Under the pieces are notes generated by a model. That model was not told the DNA's origin and searched no databases. It was given only the letters and a program-made list of their open reading frames with translations. Positions 1 to 12,566 of a DNA stretch of 64,000 nt are shown here, in pieces; the first letter of the stretch is position 1; each line of letters opens with the position of its first letter. The stretch lies in contig OZ287752.1 of assembly GCA_965649765.1 (NCBI GenBank), positions 40,548,001-40,612,000 of the forward strand, read 5' to 3'. The stretch comes from Bispira polyomma (taxonomy: Eukaryota). Made by a program: the position numbers and the translations under genes.

Positions 1-129
1 TTTAATGGCAAAACTTACAGGCTAGTCAAATGTATCTATGAGTCCTATGAGATAAATAGTAGTCAGACAAAGTATTATATACTAAAAAAGGAGTACACAA
101 AGGTGATACTTGATCTCTCACAGTGCTTC

Positions 130-1860
130 TTTATGACGATGATATTGCGATTTTATGAGAGTCTGGGAAAGACTTGCAGAAGATGCTGTATGTAAAAGAG
201 TAGAGGGTAAGAATGAAAAATGTGGTTTTAGTTAGCTTTATACGTGTAAGTGATCTCATTGAAGCTGTCTCAGAATACCAATACCAGGTAAAGAGTTCTA
301 AAGAATTTGTAGACGTTGGGAACATGGTTCTAGTTTTACAAGATTACGGATAAAGGGCTCTTTGCAGTATCATTAATAAATTGAACTGTTTAAATGGTTT
401 AGGTTACAATGTTGTATGTTGGTCCAACCTTGGACTATGAGCATTGGGGGTGGGGTGATGCATTAATCGGTGTTCTAGATTGATTAAGTGTCAAAAGTAT
501 TCCAGTGGGATCTCAATTTTAAAAACAAGCTTTCTTGTTTGTAGTGAAGGTAAAAAATGAGTTAAAAAGTTAAATTGACCGTCAGTATTCAGAAATCGTT
601 TGTCTGCTGCTCTATATTGATGTACAACCCAAATAAGCAACACAAAAAAGGATTTGTGGATGAACAATGTCACGAATAGCATAATAAAGTAATGACATAC
701 TGCATCTGCAAAGAAACTTTTAAATTAGGAATCACAAGTATTTAGAATCAAAACTAGAAATCATAAGGCTATCTTATCTAAATTTAGAGTGGAGTAATTA
801 CTACCATTACAAATTGGCCATTGAAATTAAGTTCAAATTAAATAAAGAATATGCAAACTCTGTAATGAAAATAGGGAGAAGTTAATTTCTATTTCAACTG
901 TGTAGCATTTTGTGACGGCCAGAGTAAAATAATTAATCATGTTGAGAGTAAAATTCCTGACTTTAATGTTTAGCCAACCAACGAAAGCTATATTTCCTAA
1001 TGCAGAAAGGAAATATAATTAATCATTTTTAGATTATTTGTTAAATATGTCCGATAAACATAAATCTTTAATATTTAATTAGCCTTTCTAGTAGTGTATT
1101 TACATGTTTAAATATCCCATGTTTGTTTACATATTTGTCTCTTTTGGTAATGTTTAATATTTTATGCACTTTCTGTAAAATAGTGCCTCATAAGCCCATG
1201 TATGCAGGCTCTTTCTCTCTTTGTTGAAGTTGAACAAGCCTTCACATTGTCTTTGTGAAATCTAGAGTTGTAGATACTATGTTCCCAACTAGCAACTAAT
1301 ACAGCATAAAAAATGAAATAGCAGTTCAGAGCTTCCATAAGCCCTACAACTAGTGAAATACTGTCTCAAAGCTAGAGACAGACTCATATTTACGAGTCTC
1401 TTATTTTATTGGAAGCCACACAAAGATACAATAAGCTTTTGTTTCCCTCATAAGAACCATTGATGTCATTTTAAAAAGGGTTGTCTTTTCTTCATTTTTT
1501 TCCCAGCGCAGTTGCAGCTCAAAAATATCGTAAAATGTTTGGTGCAAATAAGGCACAACAGACACAAATGACTCCTAAATAGTCTTGCAAGAAGATAAAA
1601 TGTAAGATAGATATTTGTGAGGCAATTGAACATTTTATTTGGTATTTTATTAACCAGTTTTAAACATGAAGTAGTTTAAATATAAATATATGTAAGAATA
1701 TGTATATAATCTGGATGCCAGTTTCTGTATAAATGTATCAATAATTACTAACCACTACTTTTACCACAAGCATTACTTTCTATAAATATACTTAATAAGA
1801 AATTATATGTTGACTTGAGATTTCAAAAGAATGTCTTGTATGAAAAAGAAACTGGATAAA
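130..1860 (-). pseudogene. LRR receptor pseudogene, copy A (internally deleted)
   Basis: Manual minus-strand translation gives LRR-like segments broken by stops and frameshifts: NKIPNKMFNCLTNIYL, NKSLLYLCVASNKI, AFVGWLNIKVRNFTLNMINY, FSLQSLHILYFNLNLIS, IPLEYF*HLINLEH. The DNA is similar to 6710-7530 and to 20395-20709 + 31626-31800. Confidence 0.7.
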
Positions 1861-1914
1861 TTTGACCCCAGCTCTAGGTCTCTTGACTTGGTCTTTTCAC
1901 TGGTCCATCCGCCT

Positions 1915-3500
1915 TCACATTTATATAGTGCTTATATACCTAAGCTCTTTACAATTTTTAGTACAATTTAAAGAAATATATATATACAGTAATTTAACAA
2001 TCATATGCTAATTTAAATAAATAGGTTTTAAATGTTTTTTTAAATACTGAGATGCAGTTTCTAAGTGTTGGGGGCAAACTATTCTACAAATTTGGTGCAG
2101 CTGAACAAAAGGCACAATCTCAAAAAGTCTTTAACTTGGTCCGTGGAATAGATAATAACATCTGTGAGTCAGATCACAAAAAGCGAGGTGGACAGTAAGG
2201 CACAATAAGGCTGGTGATGCAATCAGGTGCAAGTCCATTGACAGCTATGAAGCACATAAGAATAACCTTGTAATCAATACGCTGCATATGCTGCATAAGC
2301 TGCATATACCAATGAAGTGATTTAAGAACATGTTTTACATGGTCGTATTTCTTTACTTGGCAAACTAAGTGTGCAGCACAATTTTGTGCATTTGAGGGAT
2401 GAGGGTTTGTGGTAAACCAGAGTAGTGTGCATTGGCGGAATCTAGCCTGTAAATTACCAGAGCCTGCACCAAAGTCTCTGTCGCTTCCTGTGTGAGACAG
2501 GAGTGTATTTTATATATACAGTGAATCTGGTAGTAAGCTGACCTGCAGACCTGTTGAACCTGATATGACATTGACAAATGTCCATTAATCCAGACACCTA
2601 AATTCTTCGGAAGATTTACATTCTTTGTGTTATATCCACCGACTGTTATTGCATCGTAGATAACTTTTGACTTTTAGAACTTGGATCCGATCACTAGAAA
2701 TTCTGTTTTATCATCATTGAGTTTCAGCTTATTTTGGGACATTCACTCAGATAGCTAACTGATGCAGGTTTCAATTTGCTTGAAGGGTGTTGTTTGATCT
2801 TCAATACAATTGGGATTGACAGGTACGTACAGCTGGCTGTCATTGGCAAAAAAATGGAATAGAATTTTAGAACTTCAGATGTTGTCACCAATCGGTCTTG
2901 TGTACCTTAAATACAGTGATGGTCTTAGGACAGATCCCTATGGAACGAAACAATCCAAACTACAACTGGTTGATTTGACACCCTTGACACTTACACATTG
3001 TGATCTCTATGCTAAATAACATGTAAACCATTTCAAGCAGTTTCCTGAGATACCAAACATTCAAGTCTTTTCAGCAATATTGCATGTTCGACAGTGCCAA
3101 AAGCTGCTGACAAATCCAACAGAGATAATAACACAACTTTTCCATTGTCAATGCTTGTAAGGAGGTCATTGAATATCTTAATTAAGGCAGATTCAGTGCT
3201 GTAGTGAGTATGGTATGCAGACTGAAGAAGATCAAGTAGATTGTTTCTGACTAGATGACTATTGACCTAAACACTGACTGCCTTTTCAGTTAGCTTTGAG
3301 AGAAAACTCTAAGGTTTGATACAGGTCGATAGTTTTTGTAAGTCTAGTCTAGCTTAGGTTTCTTTAACAATGGAGTGACAATTGCCGTTTTAAAAATGGA
3401 TGGTACTTCCCCTCTTGTTAGAATTAATAATTCTTGTGATCACAGGTACCAGTTCAGCTGCACACTGTTTCAGCAGATATGTAGGTGATATGGCGACAAG
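1915..3500 (-). mobile_element. Decayed non-LTR retrotransposon (L2/CR1-like), RT region and 3' end
   Basis: ORF 2365..2577 (QVCRSAYYQI...TQEATETLVQALVIYRLDSANAHYSGLP) is typical of the post-RT region of L2/CR1-group LINEs. Upstream there are eroded LDLSAAFxTV and KLNDDKTEFLVIG motifs. Confidence 0.85.
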
Positions 3501-4096
3501 GTGATGCTCAGACAATAGCCTATAATGAAAGGACGGGAACCTCTTAAGATACATTAGGCTTTATATATTAGTAAGAATAAAATTAAGCCTTACTTTAAGT
3601 CATTATTGTTACTCAAATAGCAAATGTAAACTACAGAACCTAACATTTCATAAATCTATACAAGACTAAATGTAACAGAAAGTATGTACAGCTTATTGCA
3701 CACAATCTTACGTGGATACTGGTGAAAAAGGGGTTAAAGCCCACTGAACAACAGTGATTTATTGGGGTGTCCATCTAAAGAAGCATTTGTGGTGAAATAC
3801 CGAATATGCACCTGTGTTGGTCTCTATTTTGCAAGGCAGTATAGTATGCATTTAACAAAAGAAGCTATCTGATAGCTTAATTTTACCCCTATTTAGATAT
3901 AGCCCACGTGCACACATTTGTAGTTTTTTTTATAGAATTATGTTTGTTATTGACCTTACTCACCCATTGGCTCAAATATTGACAGCTGCAGGGTGGGCCA
4001 TGACCTTATATCACTTACCAGTACACCATATATCTTTATCAAACTTTAACAATACTTTAACTGTTCTAACGTAAATTTAAATTATAGAATGAAACA

Positions 4097-4364
4097 GAAT
4101 TGAATTGAATTGAATTGGGATATTTAATGTCTACTCTAGTACCTGTTTAGGTTATATTGAGACGAGTAGTTGGAAACGCTGGAGGAAACACTGCATACAG
4201 TTGATCACGATTCTGCACTGAAACCAGCGGCCCAGAGTAAGGAACTATCACCTTTCCCACATAGGCATCGACGGGAGTTGAACCCACGCCATCTGATCCT
4301 AGAGGTGGGAGACCAGTGATTGTGAAGCGCAATGATCGCTAACGACTAGGCCAACGTGGTCCCC
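4097..4364 (-). mobile_element. tRNA-derived SINE, full length (same family as 57045-57322)
   Basis: A-box TGGCCTAGTCG, B-box GGTTCAACTCC and a (CAATT)n tail. Degenerate TSD tagaatgaaaca (4085-4096) / tagaacaaaaca (4365-4376). Colinear with 57045-57302. Confidence 0.9.
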
Positions 4365-4399
4365 TAGAACAAAACAAAATTACATATACTTATACTTAG

Positions 4400-7300
4400 T
4401 AAAACAAAGCTATTACTTACATTATTTACTCCAACATTTAGGAGAACGGAAATAAATCACTGCTTCTTTGTGTCTCTAAAACATGTGAAAGAGAATATAG
4501 ACAGCAATCTTGTCCATATCTGGTACAAACCATAAAGAGCCATATGACAGTATTACAGAGTGCAGAACACACACAGACTTCTGTGCATTAACTGGGTTAA
4601 GCAGTGCAAATCCGGGAATGGACCATTGTGTGGTCATCTGGTTACACACAATTATGTACACATATGTTAAATGCAATACATCCATATCTTTATACATAAC
4701 ACTCTGCAGTTCATGGGCAGTGGTGGCTTTCCTACATGAAGGAATAAACAGGATTCGAAACCACATTGGTGAGAGGCCAAAGATTGTGAAGCAGGCCTTT
4801 CCAGCCACTAGACCGCCAGGCTCCATTTATATAAGTAGGAAATACGCCACAAATATATATACACATGTTTGTTAGACAAAATAAAATATGAAAGAGGAAT
4901 AACCATACGACATATAAAACATTCTTTTGAGAAAAATACACTAAAATGTCCCTGAAATAGTTATAATATAATTTATAGATTCTTTAAATATATTTATAAA
5001 AACTAGTTGCACTCAAAGTGGTGAAGAGATTGGATCTAATTCATACACTAAGATGACATTACCATTTTACAACTATATACTATGGATGTTAACCCGCAGA
5101 CATCTTGATTGTTGTTAAAGAAATCGGACTGTATGAATCATTTGTCTACCAACAAGAAGACGTTTCATAGAGGGAAAAGCATAGTTATTTTTTGACTAGC
5201 AACACAATAATTGATAAAGATATGCAAATAGGACAATCATGGGATGATGGAAGCAAATTATCTTAGCTTACTATAAAAGAACCATACAGGACACTTGTTA
5301 CTTGTTATTTCTTTGGTGTGAATAAAACTATACATAACAGTAAATTTACAATTGTTTTAAAATTGACACTCTGCCCTCACCTAATGTAATAATATTAATA
5401 TCATGCTTTAAAGAGCTTTTAGCAGCCACTATAGTTGTTGTGTGTATTGACTACATGATTTGAGCTGTTAAGTACACTTGTACCAGGATGAAGTGCCACA
5501 AAGTGTGACCTTTTTCCAGATATTAAGACACAAATGAAACTGTGATGCACCTGTCGCAAAAGTGACAAATACCTCCACTAACACCTACTAATAAGAAACG
5601 AAGACATAATGAAGCATGGAGAATACCCAATACATACATCACTGATATTAACGAATGGTCACTAACTGCTTCTAATTGACATTAATGCAAAACGAGCATA
5701 ATGGCTTCAGAAAGCAATAGCAGTTAAGGAGATTTACAAAAAGTTCTGTTCAAACATTCATGTGGGCAATTTGTTCAGTATTTATTTTTTGAGAATTAGC
5801 GCCTTAGATGATATTATATCATTAAGGTACTCTATGATATATTGGTATGAGTATTGGTTAAAAACTGTCTTCCCAAGGTTTTTCAAGACCCCAGCCATTC
5901 ATGGAGTTAACTAATAGCATTGTCAAAGTAAGTACTGGAATCTGTAAAGAAAGGTGTGGAGTCTGTACTGGGTAAAACCTTCAAGTAAGATCAACTGGCT
6001 TGAACGCATGACTTCAGATTTCTTCAAAAATCACTTATGCTTGTCTCATTGTGGATATAGGTAGGAAGCTTGTATCATTCACTAGGAGTTGCCTTAGTGA
6101 CAACACCAACAACGAACCTTCCACCTAACTAAATGTGTTTAATAAAATAACAGAAGCTTTAGGCTGTGGTCACAGGGAATATAGCACAATGGATGGAACT
6201 ACGGTAAAAATATAAGAATTAAGGGAGACATATGAACTGGTTGTTATAAATACTTCAGAGATATCAACAGGCAGTTTTCTAACTCGAGACTCCCCTCGGA
6301 GTATCTTTGACATATAATAGGACTCTATGATGACTTTGTATTACTTGCTACGACTTACTGTAAGTCCTTCAGGGATTCGGTAATGGAATTTTATGGTATT
6401 GTAATGATACTGTATGCATGGAATATTTTTACTAGGAATTTAGAAAATGTAAGCTAAATGAGTTTGCATTGTCAAAAACTTGTATAAATTTAACTTGTAT
6501 CAATAGCCCATAGTTAAAAAGAATTCCAGTGATATTCTTTAATATTGTAAAAATTATCAATATTTTCAAAAGTGGTGAAATTTTTGTCCATCTAAAATGT
6601 GTATTTATATGGTATAAATGTGTGCCCCAATACTGCCAGTCAGCAGTCTGTTGGTCCTAGATTTAATAATATCATCGTCCAAGGAAATGACACTAATAGT
6701 TCTGGTAAATGATATTACGATTCTATGAGAGTCTGGGCAAAAGATGATTTATGTGATAGTCCAGTGGGGTAAAATGTGAAATGTGGGTTTTAGTTAGCTT
6801 CAAACTTGGAAGAGATGTCTGTAAAACAGACAAAAAGGCTAGTTTTACCAAATTCAGGAATAAAGGCTCTTGGTAGTATAATTAATAAATTGAACTGTTT
6901 CAATGCCACATAGAAATAAGACTTGTGGATGGACATTAACAGAAATTGCCATAAAGTACGGACATGCTGTACCAATAAAGAAACCTCAAAGAAAATACAA
7001 ACTTTCTAAAGAAAATATTGAGGACAAAAATTCATTTATCTTTCATTGTGTGATAAATATAGTAAAATAATCAATTATGTTGAAAGTAAAATTCCTGATT
7101 TTATGTTTAGAGCATCCAGAAAAGCTAAATTTACAAATGCAAAAAAAAATTAAGATTTTTTTCTGATTGTTTGTTCGATTTAACCACCCTTCTTATGTTG
7201 TATCCACATGCATTAAAAAGTTTGTATGTATATTTATGTCTTTTTGGCCATTGTTTGTTATATTATATACCTATAAACCCATGCATGCAGGCTCTTTCTC

Positions 7301-7530
7301 TTTAGACAAACAAGTTTTGACATTGCCTTTGTAAACTATAAACTTGTAGATACTACTTGGCCAACTAACATCACCATTAATATAACAAATAAAATAGCAG
7401 TTTAGAGGTTCCGGAAGTCCCAAAACTTGTGAAATATTTTCTCAAACTTAGAGACAAACTCTTACTTATGAGTTTATTTTTCATTGAAAGCCACACAGAG
7501 ATACAAGAAGCCTTTGTTACCCTCATACTT
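4400..7530 (-). pseudogene. LRR receptor pseudogene, copy B
   Basis: Colinear similarity with 17560-20540 and with 130-1450. Contains LRR-like and Cys-cluster remnants followed by hydrophobic segments (VLYVVWLFLFHILFCLTNMCIYICGV). Boundaries are approximate. Confidence 0.65.
4725..4825 (-). mobile_element. tRNA-derived SINE 5' fragment
   Basis: Minus strand reads GGCGGTCTAGTGG...CTCACCAATGTGGTTTCGAATCC, the same head as the SINE at 40297-40520. Confidence 0.75.
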
Positions 7531-7759
7531 ACTGAAATGTGACGATAGAAACAAGAATTTGATGTACTACTCCTACATTAAAATGATTTGTGGTTTATTG
7601 AAGTATAAATGGTGAAGTGGTACTAAATTAGTTTTCCAAGTTTATTCTGTTTAATATTTGAAAGACATCTAATGACAGAAAAATTATGCAGGGCACTCTG
7701 GCCTGCCATTTCTGTGTGCTGTAATTTTAGTTATTTATCTTTTTATGCTCCTAAATATA

Positions 7760-8740
7760 TCAAAAGCAAAATATCTATATCATATAACATATATGTAGAC
7801 ATTGCCAAGTCGTAAGGACTAAAAACCAATAAGTGTGTCAACTGATCTGAGGTCGACTGGGAGACTGTTCCATAACAATAGAGCAGCAGTGGAGAACGCT
7901 CTGGATGCTGCCTTATGGTTACTGAAGGAAAGAAGGGAACCAAGGTGGGGGGGGGGGGGGGGTGCTGTTGAGTGACAGCCTTAAAAGTGTAAGGTGAATC
8001 TTGAACAAAATACAAAAATGAATGGGCAGCCAGTGTAATTTTTTAAGCTAAAGAGTGATGTCTGTGCGACAGTCCAGGCTAAAAATAACCCTGCATAGGT
8101 ATTTTTGGATGGACTTTAGCTTTTTAATATATGACTTGTTTGCTCCGTAGAGAAGAGAGTTGCAGTAGTCTCACAAGGGCATTAGCAACAGTTATCGCTG
8201 TGTCCATGGACAGGTGGTTTCAGATTTTTTTGATGTCACGTATATAGTAATAGCAGGAGCGACAGATGTTGGCAATATGAGTGTCGAACGAAAAAGCTGA
8301 ATTGAAAGTGACACCTAAGTTTTTGGCATTTTCGGAAGGTAGTATGTCTTTTCCCAGCAGGGAGATGGGAAACAAAGATTTTAAGAGTTCACTATTTTTC
8401 TTGTTTCCTATGAGAATGAATTCTGTTTTGTTAGGGTTAAGTTTTAGTTTGGAGTACATCGCCTGAACAGTGGACTGACCGTTTGCAAGTAGGTCAATGT
8501 TTGTGTTTTGTGGAGAGAGAGAGAAAGACTTAAGTGTCATCTGCATACATGTAGTGTTTTATATTATGATTATTGATAACAGTGCAGAGAGGATGTGTAT
8601 AAAGGGTGAAAAGTAGAGGGCCAAGGACCGATCCCTGGGGTACTCCGTATAGTAGCTTTCTGGAAGATGATAGGTGATCATCTAATTTCATTCTTTGTGC
8701 CCTAAGAGTAAGGTAGGATCTGATCCATTTGAGGACGCTG
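7760..8740 (-). mobile_element. Decayed L2/CR1-like LINE RT fragment
   Basis: ORFs 8530..8856 and 8220..8546 contain WIRSYLT, YGVPQGSVLGPLLFTLY, YADDT, LKLNPNKTEFILIG and AKNLGVTF. Confidence 0.9.
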
Positions 8741-9179
8741 CCAGCAAGGAAGAATTGACCAATTTTAAATTGGTCAAAAAACGGTACAGCGGAAGGGGAG
8801 CAGGGGTTCTTGGCATGTATTCTGGCACGGGCAGCAGTACAAAACAGTACTTCCACATCTCAAGTACAGCTAGTTAAGAAACAAAAGTGAAAGGAAGAAA
8901 ATAACAAGGTAGCGCAAAACAGTGCAGAATGCAAGATGTTTATTATTATATATGTAAAACAGTTATAGGAGGAAAAATGTGTCTGATAAAATTACATAGC
9001 GAAAAGGGGGATGCGAAATTTGCAGAAAAATGGACGCGCAAAACTGGATATGTATCTATGAACCCTGCATGTGCTGTATTAAGATAAATGGTAGTCCAAC
9101 AATTCATTTTTCTAGCAAAATAGGACTACATGAAGGTGATACTTTTTATATCAGCCAAAATTCGGAAATATTTATAAAG

Positions 9180-9868
9180 TAAAATGAAAACACAAGTTGT
9201 GGATTGAAATGGCCAGTTTATTTATCTGAAAAAATGTACATATTAAAACGAAGCCTACAAGATCTTTACAATTTAATTACATAACACAAGTAACTTCTTT
9301 TTTTATTTATTTACAGAAATGTGTTGAACGACACTAACCCAACAATATTAAAAAGTATGATTTACAAAACAAAACAAAAGAAAAAACCCATACAGAAATG
9401 GTTATATAGAAAAGGACGATATATATACAGATTTAAAAATGAAGGGGTGGAGGTGTTATTTTTTACACTAGTATAATCTCATAAAAGGGAAGAACAATAT
9501 AATAATATACCTGTGTCAGTGAAGAGAAAATTTTTAACTGGCCTACACACAGGTTTGTCAACACTCCACCACAGCTGGTAGATATTTGTGATGGCCTAAG
9601 CCTCACATACAAAGTTAGCCTTATTTTGGTGATATAAATATGATATATTTGATATAATCATTATTTATATCAGTCCAAATGTAGGTATATTTATAAACTA
9701 AGATGAAAACCTAAGATGTGGATTGAAATTTCTAGTTTATTTAATTGTCAAAAATGTATATATAAAACCAAGTATACAAGATCTTTACAATTTGATTACA
9801 AAACACAAGTGAGTTTTATATACATTATTTATTTGCATAAATGTGATATGGACACTAACGCAAAATAC
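9180..9868. repeat. Diverged direct duplication (~170 bp x2: ~9180-9345 and ~9700-9868)
   Basis: Both copies read tgtggattgaaat...tacaagatctttacaattt...aacacaagt...gacactaac. Confidence 0.8.
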
Positions 9869-9917
9869 TGCAGGTATCCCTCACCCAACAAAGAAAAGGG
9901 AAGATACATAGAAAACA

Positions 9918-10390
9918 CACAGTGCCCCCCTTGTGTGAAGTGACCTTGGAATTGATAAGAGGTGAGTGGGAATATTAATTTTATTTCTATGTTAAACAAC
10001 TAAATTATTTACACACTTTAGAGTTAAGCATTTACTAAGTTTAATTAAAGGCCACCCTAAGGCCAAGCTTAGTCAAGTTTAAGTAAGCCCTAAGTGGGCC
10101 ATAGATTAAGATAGCCTTACCGTGGCTTTAAGGCAGGGAAACGGTAAGGCTGCCCTAACCTAGTTTAAGGCTAGGTAGAGTTTAAGGTTAGCACTACTAG
10201 TTTAAGGTAGCCTTAACCTGAGTTTAAAGTTAAGGGAAGAATTTGAGTTGAGGTCACCTTAACCTTGGGTTTAAGGTTAGGTGATTTATGATTTAAGAAG
10301 CTTAGGGTGACCTTAAACTAAATACAATATGAGAATGTTTACATTATGACTATTTACAAAAAGATTAGATATTACAAAATAGAACACCAA
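9918..10390 (-). repeat. Ngaro-1 repeat B2 (3' terminal)
   Basis: Near-identical to 11085-11559; dense in CCTTAA/TTAAGG motifs. Confidence 0.95.
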
Positions 10391-10870
10391 TAGAGCTTTA
10401 CATATAGATTACATATATAAGTTAAAACAGATGTAAAAAGTGTGTAAATAGTAAAAATTAAAAATAGTTAAAATATAAAATGCTATCCAGCCTCATTAAC
10501 CTAGACCTATAGTGCATCCAATTAAAAGAAGAGTCCCGACTAGGATACATGGGAATTCTCACTCAAGCCTTAAGTGGCTGAACCAATATAGCCCCTACAC
10601 ATGTGGTGCTGGATAGCAAAATCGGGAAATCGAGGTACAATAGGCATGTGTTGCATTGCATTGTTGCTTGAGACAGTCTTTGCTCTATGCTGGCCTGTCC
10701 CATGATGCCATTGCATGTCGATCTGAAACTACATAAGCTATTGTTAACACCGGTACAGCTTGTTCTCATACATGATAGCATTTATGACACATAATAATAC
10801 ATACAATTTTTTAACACATTATTATACAACATTTGTAAGGGAGCCAGATGGGGAAAAGGGTGGGATTTTA

Positions 10871-11088
10871 AAATTGTCTAACATAAAATGGCATCTTGCC
10901 CTTCTGACTTATAAGTTAAAAGTGGGATATTCCACACTTTTGGCGGGACATAATTAATTAATTAGTAAAGTGGACCACCCACCAACGAATCAGAACCCAG
11001 GTCAGTGAAACAAGAGTGTTTATCTTATTAAGAATGTAGGACAACAAGAGGGCACTGAATATACTAGCCCCGTGGGCTACCTTCCACA
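10871..11088 (-). repeat. Ngaro-1 repeat A2 (internal copy of the 5' end)
   Basis: 218 bp with 4 substitutions (counted by eye) versus A1 at 16637-16854. Confidence 0.95.
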
Positions 11089-11559
11089 GTGCTCACCCTT
11101 GCGGTGAAGTGACCTTGGAATTGATAAGAGGTGAGTGGAAATATTAATTTTATTTCTATGTTAAACAACTAAATTATTTACACACTTTAGAGTTAAGCAT
11201 TTACTAAGTTTAATTAAAGGCCACCCTAAGGCCAAGCTTAGTTAAGTTTAAGTAAGCCCTAAGTGGGCCATAGTCTAAGGTAGCCTTACCGTGGCTTTAA
11301 GGCAGGGAAAAGGTAAGGTTGCCCTAACCTAGTTTAGGGCTAGGTAGAGTTTAAGGTTAGCACTACCAGTTTAAGGTAGCCTTAACCTGAGTTTAAAGTT
11401 AAGGGAAGAATTTGAGTTGCGGTCACCTTAACCTTGGGTTTAAGGTTAGGTGATTTATGATTTAAGAAGCTTAGGGTGACCTTAAACTAAATACAATTTG
11501 AGAATGTTTACATTATGACTATTTACATATAGATTAGATATTACAAAATAGAGCACCAA
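11085..11559 (-). repeat. Ngaro-1 repeat B1
   Basis: Starts a few nt after the YR stop and abuts A2 through a shared CACA (11085-11088). Confidence 0.95.
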
Positions 11560-11566
11560 AGCCCAA

Positions 11567-12556
11567 TTAGGAAGTAGGAGTTGTGAGAAGGGTTTGAAAG
11601 GAGAGGGCCACTCTATCGGATGCCATGTGGTCAGAGGTCACGTAACGCCAAACGCAGTCAGATGTCCAGGTTCCATGACTCTGGATGTCCTGCAAGGGGA
11701 CATTGTTGTTAAAAGCCATGGTCGCGCCAGAGCGGCGAAAGTCATGGAATGTGATGGGGGATTCATTCAAACCTAATCTGATGAGTATTGTATGGAGGTT
11801 CCTACGCAGTCTTGAGTCTGTTAGGGGACCCCAAGAGGCATTTTGCTTGTACTGAAATAAGGGATCATTTTTTGAGCCAGGGGTGATGGCCAGGATGTTT
11901 TTAATAGCTGTCACTGGACAGATAGGTGAGTTAAGAAGGGCAGGAACTTTAAGGACCCTAACTGTGTTCTTGGCCTGAAGTGTTTTGGTCCATTTGATAA
12001 TAATGTGGAGACCAGGAGGAGCAAAAAGCACATCCGCCCTGGCCAGCTGATGAAGGGGAGAGTAAGTGGAGGAGAAGTGAGGTACAAGATTAGAAATCCT
12101 AAGGAAGGCAAAGAATGCCAGGAGATAAGCTCCTTTGAAAACTTGCCCCATATACATTGAGTCACATACCTTACTTATAAGAGTTAAGAGATCAATGTCA
12201 ATAATTTTGTGGATTTTTGCCTTGAATGGTCTGTGTAATGTGAGGGCTTTACTGAAATATTTAATATGTGGGTCATTGAAAGGGGTAGTGTCTAACCCAT
12301 AGATTGAAAATTTTGCTTTAATGGCTGCCATGTGATTAACAATAGAGGAATGAGACATTTTTCCCCACTGCCAAAAATTCCAGGAATGACAAGAGCAGCA
12401 GAGGAGTTGTATCTTGAATTTTTATTTGAATAAAGCAGCAGTAAGCCAAGAATAGCCTGAACATTGCCTTATATGCTTGTTGGGTTGTAGGCCTAAATGC
12501 CTGATGGACTGTTTGGGCTGCCTGAGCTGCTAGGAGGGCTGCCAGGGAAGGGAGAC
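11567..12556 (-). pseudogene. Ngaro-1 tyrosine recombinase (1-nt frameshift at ~12360)
   Basis: Motifs FFAFLRISNL, KWTKT, CPV, FHDFRRSGA and HGTWTSDCVWRY. The N-terminal part AFRPTTQQAYKAMFRLFLAY lies upstream of the called ORF, starting at a candidate splice acceptor (AG 12558-12557). Confidence 0.92.
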
Positions 12557-12566
12557 CTGAAATGTA

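Noticed and set aside
8740-8856. N-terminal part of ORF 8530..8856 as LINE protein
   Set aside because: RT homology starts near 8740; the upstream part is unrelated sequence containing a 23-bp imperfect palindrome of unknown origin.
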